DNA of 50,011 bases. Source: an uncultured Acetobacteraceae bacterium. GTDB taxonomy: Bacteria; Cyanobacteriota; Cyanobacteriia; Cyanobacteriales; Nostocaceae. Positions 10,287 through 20,099 of the stretch are shown here, in pieces. The notes beneath the pieces are model-generated. The model was not told the origin of the DNA, made no database searches, and saw only the letters and a program-made list of their open reading frames with translations. The stretch lies in assembly GCA_964658545.1 (NCBI GenBank), contig CAZZZY010000001.1, positions 1-50,011 on the forward strand, read 5' to 3'. How positions within the stretch are numbered: the first letter of the stretch is position 1; each line of letters begins with the position of its first letter. Made by a program: the position numbers and the translations under genes.

Positions 10287-12527
10287 CTACAGCCAAAATT
10301 GGCGATCGCCTGACAGCATACTCGTAGGATAAATCCCATTCAACCGCAGATAAGCCATGCGGTCTGCTCCGTAGAGGGGCATTGGCAACCGAGGGGTCTG
10401 CAATGCCCCGTGATGCAGCAACGTCAGTTTTAGAGTCGTTTCTAGAACACTTTCAATTGATACTTGGTGTCCTTCTTCACGCACTGTCAAACGTAGAGGA
10501 CGAGCCAAACCTACCCGATCTGAAACCTTAGTTGTTACCAGAACCGCTTCATGGGATGATAAACGAAGTGCCAACCCTTTTTCTGGGGAAGTCACAATTT
10601 TTTGTTGATTTAAGTTGTAAAGTCTGGGAACGCCAGACTTTTTGCACTCCACCAAAATAAATTTTGAGTTAATTGCTTTAGCCCATTCCAGTAAATGCTC
10701 AACTTCTTGACCGCAAAAAGAGCCATCCCGGTAAATTAAAACAGTTTTGTTTCTCAGTTCAGCTGCTGGAAGCAATGTTTCTAAAAGTCGTTGCGGGATT
10801 TCTTCACCTGGAATCAAAGCATCTTCCAGCCGATAGCGAATAAACTTCCCTTGCCTATCATAGAGACGTACACTTGCACAGGCATTCAGAGTTCCGGGTA
10901 ACTTTTCCTTAGACTCTCTGGAGATATCTAACCCAATAAAATAGTCAGCAATCTCTAAAGGTTCAGCCAGAACGAAAGGCAAATTCCCCAGCTTTGCCAA
11001 AATTCCTGGAATCACCTGATTAAGAATTTGTCTGTGGTCAACACTGCTCAATGTATCAGAATAAATTACTTGGCTAGCAATTCCGCGCCTGAGCAACTGC
11101 GAATATACCCGCTGATATAAACTACCGCCCTCGTCATTATCAGCACCGCGGTCTATCTCTGGCAGAAACGTCAAAAAGATATCAGTTGGAACCGTTACTA
11201 ATTCATTGACAGTTGTCTCCAATTCATCAACGGCTTTCTCCAGTTCAGCCCTGGCTTCAGCGCCACTCAACTGAGGCAATGCTTTTCTGTGAACAATTTC
11301 ACTTTGAAAGCCGTAGGTTTTCAACCTTTGTCGAACTTCCTCTAAAAATTTATCTACTTTCAAATCACAAAGCTTCAAAGCGACAATGCGAATTACTCTT
11401 GAATGTTCACGATAATCATCATGACGACTATAAACACCACCTTTAGAGAGTCCCTTAAGTACCTCACCTCTAATACCCTTAACACCTCTACCAAAAAGGA
11501 GTGGGGTTTGCTCAATCGCTACTGGTGGATGCCAAAATAATGTTTGGTAATCACGGCTGTTAATACTACGCCCTAACTGAAATCCATAAGCGGATAGAGA
11601 AATATCTGCTTGTGTTTTATATGTAATTAAAAGTTTTTGTCGCTCTTGGTGAGTAATTTTAGTTGCCTTGAGCAACTCTCCGTATTTAACTTGCAATTGC
11701 TCAGATGTTTGGGCGGTGACGCAGGGACGCAAAGCCATTAACGGATAATGAAACTGCTTTTTGTTCTTGCCAAACTGTACAGCAACGAGGGGTTGTTCGG
11801 GGGGTGCTTCCTCTAGTTTTTGTTTACTAATTGAACCAGTTGCCTTTTCTTTTAGTTCTTTTCTGTGTTCTCCAACCGTTCCTACAATTCCAGTAATAGT
11901 ACAGTTACCACCTCGTTCAATTTCTTGAACTTTCAAACCAATTAAAAGCTTTTCTGGGTCGTGCCGATAGGGGTGATTCTCCAAGAAGTCAGCTAAATCA
12001 CCCCTTGATACAATACTGCTGTGAATAGTTAAAGTTAAAGCAGGCTTTAAACCCTCTGGCAATTCAATAGTTTCTGCCCAAAAGTCTAGTTCTCGTATGA
12101 CTTCTACTCCCGAATCCGCCCGAACAGTTACAGATGAAAATGGACGAGTTACTTTTAATACTTGAATAGCAAGCTGGGCAAGGATTAAAGGTGTTGCCTG
12201 TGGCTGGCGTACCCATTGAATTGAGTAGTAGCGATCGCCAATATCTTCCTTCAATTCCTCTTGAATTTCCAAGAGTACTTTTCGCCATTCATCTTGGCTA
12301 GGCATAGGCTGACCCGGTTTAGCTAAAATAAAAAAATATCCATTGTGCCAGGTGACAATAATCTCAGGGAACTTGCGACTAAAACGGAAGCCCAAACGAT
12401 TGCCATCTTGACGTTCAATCTCTGGAGTCAGTCGAAAGCACATCAAATTAGGTTGCGAGATAGTGAGCGGGAAAATTTCACTAAGAGATGTTGGAGCTTG
12501 AGAAACAGAAACGGGCGCAACAGTCAT
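10287..12527 (-). CDS. ago: Long prokaryotic Argonaute (PIWI domain, intact DEDD tetrad)
   Basis: 746 aa; MID region LYQRVY..GIASQVI..ILAKLG; PIWI motifs GLDIS, GEEIP, IYRDG and PLYGADR; C-terminus QFWL. Confidence 0.92.
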   Translation of the reverse strand: MTVAPVSVSQAPTSLSEIFPLTISQPNLMCFRLTPEIERQDGNRLGFRFSRKFPEIIVTWHNGYFFILAKPGQPMPSQDEWRKVLLEIQEELKEDIGDRYYSIQWVRQPQATPLILAQLAIQVLKVTRPFSSVTVRADSGVEVIRELDFWAETIELPEGLKPALTLTIHSSIVSRGDLADFLENHPYRHDPEKLLIGLKVQEIERGGNCTITGIVGTVGEHRKELKEKATGSISKQKLEEAPPEQPLVAVQFGKNKKQFHYPLMALRPCVTAQTSEQLQVKYGELLKATKITHQERQKLLITYKTQADISLSAYGFQLGRSINSRDYQTLFWHPPVAIEQTPLLFGRGVKGIRGEVLKGLSKGGVYSRHDDYREHSRVIRIVALKLCDLKVDKFLEEVRQRLKTYGFQSEIVHRKALPQLSGAEARAELEKAVDELETTVNELVTVPTDIFLTFLPEIDRGADNDEGGSLYQRVYSQLLRRGIASQVIYSDTLSSVDHRQILNQVIPGILAKLGNLPFVLAEPLEIADYFIGLDISRESKEKLPGTLNACASVRLYDRQGKFIRYRLEDALIPGEEIPQRLLETLLPAAELRNKTVLIYRDGSFCGQEVEHLLEWAKAINSKFILVECKKSGVPRLYNLNQQKIVTSPEKGLALRLSSHEAVLVTTKVSDRVGLARPLRLTVREEGHQVSIESVLETTLKLTLLHHGALQTPRLPMPLYGADRMAYLRLNGIYPTSMLSGDRQFWL

Positions 12528-13345
12528 GCAGAAACCTCAAGTTCAGAAAACGAACAAATTGAATTGAATGGGCAGTATTGGCAGTTAATGCCAGGATTGG
12601 GTGGAAAAATTCGTTTAAATTCAGATGGGGAATGCCTATAACGTTGCAAATCTTTTTGATGCTGTTGGGATATCCGCGCCATTTCAATCTGAAAAGCGTT
12701 TAGGTGACTAGCTGTTGCAGTAATGGGGTCAGACCACTTCTGATTTTCCAAGTTGTAAAACGATGCCACAGCCGGTTGAGTAGGATAGAGAAAGCTTGCT
12801 GCTAGCAAGTAAACATATGCTTGTCGTCGGTCAAAGTCAGTTTGACCCGTCTTGAAATCTAAGATGTGCAGCGTGCCATCTTGCTCTTTAAAAATGCAGT
12901 CAATAGCAGCGAATAAGTTGAATTGATAATTACCTTGCTCAATTAAAATCGGTTCTGGAAATCCCTCATCACCTCGACTCAACTTGATAATGTTCTTCCC
13001 AAAAAGAATGGGATTTGAATAATAGTTTTTCAGGATAGAAATCACTCGCTCTTGAACGACCGCTGACTCTTGGTTTAATTGCAGAATTTCTGCCACTTTC
13101 GTAACAGCATCACTGCGGTATAACATCAGGGGGTCTTGATGAAATTCGTAAACTCCCCGTTGTGCCAGTAGACCAATCCTCTGTGGTGTTGTGTCAGTTG
13201 CCAAGAGTGTTGCAACTAATGGTTCACGCGATCGCGCCTTAGTAAAACCTCGCTTCATATCACAATGCCAGTGTTCTTGCCCTATTGGTGGAGCGAACTG
13301 TAACCACAGGTTGTAACTAGCAAACGGTCGCCAAGGTGTTGGCAT
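12524..13345 (-). CDS. Cas4-like PD-(D/E)XK nuclease with Fe-S cysteines, Argonaute-associated
   Basis: AAIDCIF..ILDFKTG..RQAYVY; one N-terminal Cys (HWHCDMKRG) plus C-terminal [10 protein letters not shown]; ATGA overlap with ago. Confidence 0.88.
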   Translation of the reverse strand: MPTPWRPFASYNLWLQFAPPIGQEHWHCDMKRGFTKARSREPLVATLLATDTTPQRIGLLAQRGVYEFHQDPLMLYRSDAVTKVAEILQLNQESAVVQERVISILKNYYSNPILFGKNIIKLSRGDEGFPEPILIEQGNYQFNLFAAIDCIFKEQDGTLHILDFKTGQTDFDRRQAYVYLLAASFLYPTQPAVASFYNLENQKWSDPITATASHLNAFQIEMARISQQHQKDLQRYRHSPSEFKRIFPPNPGINCQYCPFNSICSFSELEVSA

Positions 13346-13399
13346 TTTCTTTCCTCCGACAGTTTTTTATGTCCACCATAGTTAATGTTCAATTCGTTT

Positions 13400-13459
13400 G
13401 TTGACTAAGGCAGTCAACCTGCTATTAGACGCTAACTTATGTTGACTAATAAAGTCAAC
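13400..13459. promoter_or_regulatory. Two palindromic operators GTTGACT-N5-AGTCAAC in the divergent promoter
   Basis: 13400-13418 GTTGACTAAGGCAGTCAAC and 13441-13459 GTTGACTAATAAAGTCAAC. Confidence 0.75.
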
Positions 13460-13494
13460 CCCTGATATGATTTGTAGTTAAGTAGGAAAAAACT

Positions 13495-13869
13495 GTGAAT
13501 CAAACTTTTGGCAAGGTTATTCGTCAAGCCCGTAGGGACAAGGGGTACAGTCAGCGTGATCTGGCGAAGTTAGTAGATGTGGATTACACCTACCTGTCCA
13601 AACTGGAGAATGACCACGCCGCCTATCCCCCAAGTGTTGAGGTCATTAAGTTGTTAGTGCTAACCCTTGATTTAACTGAACGCGAAGAAGAGCTAATGTA
13701 TCTGGCTGGTCGAATCACAACCGATGACGAGAAAATTTTTGGTGAACTTCTCAAGACTTATAACAAACAAGTACCTGCTTTGCTACGCAGAATGCAGGAA
13801 AACCCTGATTTTGCTCAAAAACTTCTTCGGGATGCTACACAATCAGATCAGCAGGAGAAGCCGAATTGA
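13495..13869 (+). CDS. XRE family HTH transcriptional regulator
   Basis: FGKVIRQARRDKGYSQRDLAKLVDVDYTYLSKLEND is a classic HTH_3 sequence. Confidence 0.9.
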   Translation: MNQTFGKVIRQARRDKGYSQRDLAKLVDVDYTYLSKLENDHAAYPPSVEVIKLLVLTLDLTEREEELMYLAGRITTDDEKIFGELLKTYNKQVPALLRRMQENPDFAQKLLRDATQSDQQEKPN

Positions 13870-14528
13870 ATATATTTAAGCAGTATCGCTTCATTCCCAA
13901 AAGCGAAATTGAGCGTCAGGCTAATCACCTTCTCGGTCGGATGCAAGCTACACCTAAATACGCTCCAAGATGGCCTTTTGATGCTACTCGTGTAGCTGAT
14001 TTTTTGGATATAGGTGTTGTTTGGGAAAGCATACCACCTGATGAAAAAGGGTCAATAGCGGCTCTGATACTGCCTACAAAACGTGAAATTGTAATCAATC
14101 AAGATGTTCCAGGACTGCATGGAGGATATGGAGAATCCACATTAGCCCATGAGATTGGACACTGGGAACTTCACATTAACCACAACGCAGTTGGTTCTCT
14201 TATAGAACGGTCAGAGCAGGGTATTGAGATAAATATGCAGCCGTTCCTATGCCGTAATGTTAGCGGACAGCTTGAAAAGATTGAGTGGCAAGCTCAGTAT
14301 TTTGCCAGTTGCTTACTGATGCCTCGATGTAAGTTAGAAGAAACACGAAAGGGACGTGACTTAACTAAGGAGTCTCACCTTGATGCAATGGCACATGAAC
14401 TTGGAATAACAAAACGTAATTTGAAACATCGTTTAAAAGACCTTGACTGGATTCACATTCCTGAAAATTCTAAGCAAATTTATCTGGGTGATGCTGCACC
14501 TAGCAGGGAGACAGGTGCGTTCAGGTAA
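13866..14528 (+). CDS. ImmA/IrrE family metallo-endopeptidase
   Basis: TLAHEIGHW (HExxH) and EWQAQYFASCLLMP; overlaps the XRE stop codon. Confidence 0.9.
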   Translation: MNIFKQYRFIPKSEIERQANHLLGRMQATPKYAPRWPFDATRVADFLDIGVVWESIPPDEKGSIAALILPTKREIVINQDVPGLHGGYGESTLAHEIGHWELHINHNAVGSLIERSEQGIEINMQPFLCRNVSGQLEKIEWQAQYFASCLLMPRCKLEETRKGRDLTKESHLDAMAHELGITKRNLKHRLKDLDWIHIPENSKQIYLGDAAPSRETGAFR

Positions 14529-14858
14529 AAAGTGATGGGGGCAAACCCCCGCAAGCGACAACGCGCACACTTTCAGTAGAGTTTGACCGTGCCAATTTTA
14601 GATTGCCGATTTTAGATTAAAAATTATTTCGGTTCATGCCCCGCCCGTAGTGGGCGGAATAAATCCAAAATTCAAAATCCCCAAGCCCCGTACCCTTGTG
14701 GTCACTGCGTCTTTTTCTGCCAGTGAATCAGTAATTATAGTGTTCATGGATGTAATTGAAGCATCTGTTTGTGGGAACACTAAAGTAAAGTGTAGAGCGC
14801 TCGTCCTTCAACTCAAAAATTGGCTTCGGGTCTATGTAAATGTAGGTATAAATTAGGG

Positions 14859-17800
14859 ATGCAACCACTCTTCAATCTGGGACAACTTGTATGTCTGCGT
14901 GCTGACCCATCGAGATCCGGGCCAGTAATCGAGATTCTTCCACCAGCAGGGGGACGATCGCGTTACCGTGTCTTCCATTCACCCACTCAAATCCTGGAAT
15001 ACCATGAAGATCAACTGGTTGATGCTGGATCAACTGCAAAAACTACTGGATTATTGGAAACATTAAAAGCAGGACAATGGCTGGATGTACACGGCTTTCG
15101 TGCCAGATTGACAGCAGCAAGGCTTTCTCATCCACAAATTGATAATCTCTACGCCCTCCAATCAGCACGCATCAAGTTTATTCCCTTCCAGTTCAAACCT
15201 TTACTGCGTTTCTTACGTGCTGACCAGCCCCGCTTACTAATTGCTGATGAAGTTGGTGTTGGGAAAACTATTGAAGCTGGTTTAATACTACGGGAACTTC
15301 AAACCCGCCAACAGCTAGACAACATTCTGATTGTTTGCCCCAAAGCCCTCGTTAACAAATGGCGAGCTGAAATGCGCCGTTTTGATGAAGATTTTCGACC
15401 ACTGACTTCAGAAACTTTTTCCTATTGCCTGCGGGAGACTGATTTAGATGGCATTTGGCCTTTGCAGTATTCACGCGCCATAGTCCATTTGGAACTCCTG
15501 AGAATTGATAAATATCTCAAGGGAATGAAGGGGCGACGGCCTAGCCCCGGATTAATGACACTTAATCCATCCCCCCGCTTTAGTCTGGTTATTGTTGATG
15601 AAGCACATCATCTTAGAAATACAGGGACTAGCTCTCATGAAGTAGTGAAATTTCTTTGCGACATTAGTGAAGCTGTGATATTTCTTTCCGCTACTCCTTT
15701 GCATCTTGGCAATCGCAACCTCTATACATTGCTCAATCTGCTACGCCCAGACCTGTTTCTTGATGAGACAGTGTTTAATGAAATGGTGCAGCCTAATCAG
15801 TATCTCAATCAGGCTATCCGGCATATTCGTAATCACGCTCCTGAAGATACTTGGCAAACTTCAGCACTCCAAGCATTGCGAGATGCTGCAACAACAACTT
15901 GGGGTGAGCAGGTACTCAGCCAAGATCCTCGATTTATGGACTGGTATCAAAAGTTTAGGGGTGGGGTAACGTTTACTGATGCAGACCGAATTAATTGTCT
16001 GCGGGATTTAGAAGAAGTGCATTCACTAGCTCATGTAATGAATCGTACTCGTAGACGGGACATTGGGAGATTTACAATTCGTGAGCCACACACGATTTCT
16101 GTACCCTTTACACCGGAACAGGAAGAGTTTTATCAGGCGTTGATTGAATTTCGTCGAGAAATGCTTTCTTTAGACTATGAAGAACAAGTAATACGGCTGA
16201 TCACCGATACTTTAGAGCGTCAGGCGGCGAGTTGTTTGCCAGCCCTTGTACCTACACTCAATAAATTTATCTTGACTGGCAAATTTGCACTCTCTGATAT
16301 TAGTGACGACATTGAAACAGAGGATGAGGATACTAAACTTCTCCCCTATTTGCTGGAGAAAGCCAAAAACCTGCGTAGCCTATCTGCTGCCTTGCCACCA
16401 AATGATCCAAAGTTAGAGCAGTTATTAAAAATAATAGAAGAAACATTAGAGGGTAAGGGTTCTGGCAAAGTATTGGTTTTCTCGTTCTTTTTGCATACCT
16501 TGGCTTATCTGCAAAAGCAACTGCAAGGTGCTGGTTACAGAGTAGAAGTAATTACTGGAAAGGTGGAAGATGCAAAAAGAGAACACTTACGAGAGCGATT
16601 CCGCTTGCCCCGCGACAACCCAGATGCACTCGATATCCTTTTATCTTCTGAGGTAGGTTGTGAAGGACTAGATTATGAATTTTGCGATCGCTTGGTAAAT
16701 TACGATATACCCTGGAATCCTATGCGGATTGAACAACGCATTGGACGAATTGACCGCTTTGGTCAGCAAAGCGATAAGGTACTCATATTTAATTTTGTCA
16801 CACCAGGCACTGTTGAAGAACGCATTTTCTTCCGTTGCTTTGAACGATTGGGCATCTTTCAAGACACAATTGGGGATTTAGAGGAAGTGCTGGGAGATGT
16901 TGTACAAGATTTAACTCGTGTGGCACTTGACCCCAAACTCAGCCCCGAACAAGCTGAACAGAAAGCACAACAAATGGCAGACAATGTACTCCGCCTAGCA
17001 GAAGAACAGCATCGCCTGGAAGCAGAAGGTGGTTCATTCTTGGGGCTTGATGAGGGGTTTACTTCGGATATTGACACGCTAGTTGCTCAAGACAAATTTG
17101 TTTCTGCTGATGATTTACGCCAGCTGATTGAAATGTTTGTGGAACAGCCGACATTGGGAGGACAAATTACTGTTGATAGTCGGCATTCAGGACTCCATCG
17201 GCTACGCCTGAACAAAGATGGACGAGGGGAACTGCTTAAAAAAGTGCGATCGCTCAAACAGTCAGACCGTTCCACAGTTACTTTCACACGTTGGCTCGAA
17301 GGTAACGATCCTTATTGGCTACTCACCTTTGACCAGAAAACTGCTCTCGAACAGAGGGAGATTCCATTTATCACGCCGATTCATCCTCTAGCACGGGTGG
17401 CGATTTCTCATTGGGCGACTATAGATGAGCCACTCGTCACGCAAGTTGCTATTTATGATAATACAGTGCCACTAGGACAGTACCTTTTTGTTTGTGATCT
17501 TTGGGAAACGGTGGCTGTGCGCCCAGAAGTGCGACTAGTAGGAAATGCTTGCAATCTTGATAAATTGTGTTTTGCACCCGAAGTTTCAGACGCCCTAGTG
17601 CGATTGTTGAGCCACGCTGTACAACCAGCAGAATATGTTAACTTCCCAACTTCTTTAGTCGATTCTGGTATTCAACAGCTTGATGAAACTGTACACCAGT
17701 ATCGCTTGAAAGAACTAAGTAAGTTACGAGAGAGAAACAATACGTTATTAAATTGCAAACTTGCTAGCCTTGATGCTTACTACCAAAATCGTATTCAGCG

Positions 17801-17990
17801 CGTAGAGAATGAATTAAATCAGGCTAAAGAAGAGCATATTATTCGGATGAAAGAGTCGGAGCGATCGCGTATTCTACGAGATTACGAAAGCAAGCGTTCT
17901 GATTTAGAAAATCGCAGTGAAGCAGACATTATTAGTCAGCGAGTTGCCGTAGGAATTTTATTAGTACAAGGGGTGATCACAAATGGTTAG
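14859..17990 (+). CDS. drmD: SNF2-family helicase, DISARM DrmD-like
   Basis: LLIADEVGVGKT, VDEAH, LSATP, EGLD and WNPMRIEQRIGRIDR motifs; lies upstream of drmAB. Symbol assigned from context. Confidence 0.75.
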   Translation: MQPLFNLGQLVCLRADPSRSGPVIEILPPAGGRSRYRVFHSPTQILEYHEDQLVDAGSTAKTTGLLETLKAGQWLDVHGFRARLTAARLSHPQIDNLYALQSARIKFIPFQFKPLLRFLRADQPRLLIADEVGVGKTIEAGLILRELQTRQQLDNILIVCPKALVNKWRAEMRRFDEDFRPLTSETFSYCLRETDLDGIWPLQYSRAIVHLELLRIDKYLKGMKGRRPSPGLMTLNPSPRFSLVIVDEAHHLRNTGTSSHEVVKFLCDISEAVIFLSATPLHLGNRNLYTLLNLLRPDLFLDETVFNEMVQPNQYLNQAIRHIRNHAPEDTWQTSALQALRDAATTTWGEQVLSQDPRFMDWYQKFRGGVTFTDADRINCLRDLEEVHSLAHVMNRTRRRDIGRFTIREPHTISVPFTPEQEEFYQALIEFRREMLSLDYEEQVIRLITDTLERQAASCLPALVPTLNKFILTGKFALSDISDDIETEDEDTKLLPYLLEKAKNLRSLSAALPPNDPKLEQLLKIIEETLEGKGSGKVLVFSFFLHTLAYLQKQLQGAGYRVEVITGKVEDAKREHLRERFRLPRDNPDALDILLSSEVGCEGLDYEFCDRLVNYDIPWNPMRIEQRIGRIDRFGQQSDKVLIFNFVTPGTVEERIFFRCFERLGIFQDTIGDLEEVLGDVVQDLTRVALDPKLSPEQAEQKAQQMADNVLRLAEEQHRLEAEGGSFLGLDEGFTSDIDTLVAQDKFVSADDLRQLIEMFVEQPTLGGQITVDSRHSGLHRLRLNKDGRGELLKKVRSLKQSDRSTVTFTRWLEGNDPYWLLTFDQKTALEQREIPFITPIHPLARVAISHWATIDEPLVTQVAIYDNTVPLGQYLFVCDLWETVAVRPEVRLVGNACNLDKLCFAPEVSDALVRLLSHAVQPAEYVNFPTSLVDSGIQQLDETVHQYRLKELSKLRERNNTLLNCKLASLDAYYQNRIQRVENELNQAKEEHIIRMKESERSRILRDYESKRSDLENRSEADIISQRVAVGILLVQGVITNG

Positions 17991-18273
17991 CAATTACAAA
18001 CAAATTACAGAAGAAAATATTAGAAGATATGGTACTGATATAGATGAGTATGGGCCTGTCTTTCTTACTAGCTTGTACAGTGACAAAACGCACTTTATTT
18101 ATGAATTACTTCAAAATGCAGAGGATGCAGGAGCTACAAAAGTAATTTTTAAATTATTTAATGACCGCCTTGAAGTTTATCACAATGGTAGATTATTTAC
18201 AGAAGCAGATGTTGGCAGAATTTTATACCTTCCTCATAGGTCAAGAAGCACTTTGGAAAGAAGAAACACATAG
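17983..18273 (+). pseudogene. N-terminal fragment of a sacsin-like GHKL ATPase
   Basis: HFIYELLQNAEDAGA..YHNGRLFTEADV matches the sacsin/NOV-type N-terminus; homology stops abruptly at ~18210. Confidence 0.7.
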
Positions 18274-19999
18274 AAAAAATCCACCACTATTGAACAAACC
18301 TTTCATCAGGTTACAAAATAATAAGCACGTAACACCATTTGACTATCATACTAAAAAACCAAATGCCTATTTACCAACTGATGTACCAACAAGTAAACCA
18401 ACTGTTAAAGTAGAAATTGTTGCAATTCCAGAAGCTAAAACATTTTTAGAAAGACTAGGTTTAGAAAAACCTAGTAGTTATACAGAAGTACGTGATCATA
18501 TTATTCGTAAATACAAAGTATTAAAACAAATTGATGAAGAACAAAATAAAAAGGATATTCAAATAATTGAGGATGCTTTACAAGCATCGTCTTCTACAGA
18601 AAGAAAACAGCTTATAGAACAACTAAAAGATACACCATTTCTACTATCTATCAATGCAAAAACAAATAAACAGGAATATCAACCACCTGAAAAAATATAT
18701 TTTCGTTCCCAGAGTTTAGAAATGTACTTTGAAGGTAATGAAGCAGCTTGGTTTCTAGATAATAATATTTCTATTGACCGTGAACTGCTGATTGAGCTAG
18801 GTATTAGTGAGACAGTTCGTTGTTATTATAGTTCTCCTAATGCTCATGGTTACGTTATTATTTCTGACAGTAAAGGTAATCATAAACGAGGTATTAAAGG
18901 ATTTGATCCTAACTTTTCTATTGATGGTTTAGCTCATGCCTTAGAAAATCCTACATACGATAAGTCATCATATATATGGAATTATTTGTTGTTACCTAAC
19001 CGACAAAAACTGAGTGGAGTAATAGAATCATCTAAACGTGTAACCTACCAAGATGCTCAAAAAGAAAAATGTTTTTCCAAAGTATGGCATCAAGTTTCTA
19101 CCCAAAAATGGCTTCCTAATTCCCTACTAAAATTGTGTCAACCTAACACTTTATCTCTTGATGATGTATCTAAGGATTTTATTAGAGATGAAAAAGATGA
19201 GGATCTTGCAACTTGTATAGGAGTCAAACCAAGGGCTTCTCTGCTAGAAGAAGCTAAAAGAATAGGAATATTACCCGAACTCCTTGATTACCTAAGAAAA
19301 AACCCACGCACGCAAAAGCTCTGGGTTGAAAAGTTAATTAAAGGTGCATCATCTGAAGAAACACGAAACAATGGAACAGGATCAATAACAACATCTAGTA
19401 ATGGTACTTCGCCAGAACCAGAAACACCTAGCATTGACTACAGAACTGCTCTTAAAGAAGTATTTTCACGCCCTGGTAAAACTGAATTAAATGAAGCTAT
19501 AGAATCAAGTTCAGTTCCTAATCCTGAAGCGCGTTTACAGAAAATACAAGATAGTATTCGCAATGATAAAGAGAAAGAACCATCCATCATTGAAAGATTC
19601 AAGAAAATTGAATCTAAGAAATGGGAAGGTAAAAATAATAATATACGAACTGACCTAAAGGCAATATACGACGGTAAATGTCAAATTTGTTACGAAACTT
19701 TCCCGAAGCGAAATGGCGAACCATATTTTGAGGGAGTGTATTTAGTTTCTTACACAAAAGCAAGATGGATTGATAATCTGGGTAATGTTCTTTGCTTGTG
19801 TCCCACCTGTTGCGCTAAGTTCAAACATGGTTCAGTCGAGCTAGGAAATGATATTGAAGAGCAAATTAATTCAATTCCAAAAACAGGAGGAAAACTACAC
19901 ATTAAACTCTGTGGGCAGGATACATACATCACATTTTTGGAAAAACACATAATGCCACTTCAAGGATTGTTAAAGGAGGCGATAGGTTCAGAAAATTAG
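18209..19999 (+). CDS. C-terminal part of the sacsin-like protein with an HNH-like domain (possibly pseudogene remnant)
   Basis: Different frame from the upstream fragment; C-terminal YDGKCQIC..GNVLCLCPTCCAKFKHG; in-frame ATG at 18209. Confidence 0.65.
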   Translation: MLAEFYTFLIGQEALWKEETHRKNPPLLNKPFIRLQNNKHVTPFDYHTKKPNAYLPTDVPTSKPTVKVEIVAIPEAKTFLERLGLEKPSSYTEVRDHIIRKYKVLKQIDEEQNKKDIQIIEDALQASSSTERKQLIEQLKDTPFLLSINAKTNKQEYQPPEKIYFRSQSLEMYFEGNEAAWFLDNNISIDRELLIELGISETVRCYYSSPNAHGYVIISDSKGNHKRGIKGFDPNFSIDGLAHALENPTYDKSSYIWNYLLLPNRQKLSGVIESSKRVTYQDAQKEKCFSKVWHQVSTQKWLPNSLLKLCQPNTLSLDDVSKDFIRDEKDEDLATCIGVKPRASLLEEAKRIGILPELLDYLRKNPRTQKLWVEKLIKGASSEETRNNGTGSITTSSNGTSPEPETPSIDYRTALKEVFSRPGKTELNEAIESSSVPNPEARLQKIQDSIRNDKEKEPSIIERFKKIESKKWEGKNNNIRTDLKAIYDGKCQICYETFPKRNGEPYFEGVYLVSYTKARWIDNLGNVLCLCPTCCAKFKHGSVELGNDIEEQINSIPKTGGKLHIKLCGQDTYITFLEKHIMPLQGLLKEAIGSEN

Positions 20000-20099
20000 T
20001 AAATTAGTGGTGATAAACAACATACTTAAGTAAAATTACTTAAAATTTGCGTACAATCTAAAGCCAATATAGATTACAAATTGTATAGTAAGGTGAATT

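Noticed and set aside
12524-13345. Cas4-like gene as a sign of a CRISPR-Cas locus
   Set aside because: No cas1/cas2 and no repeat-spacer array seen anywhere in the window; it is coupled to ago.
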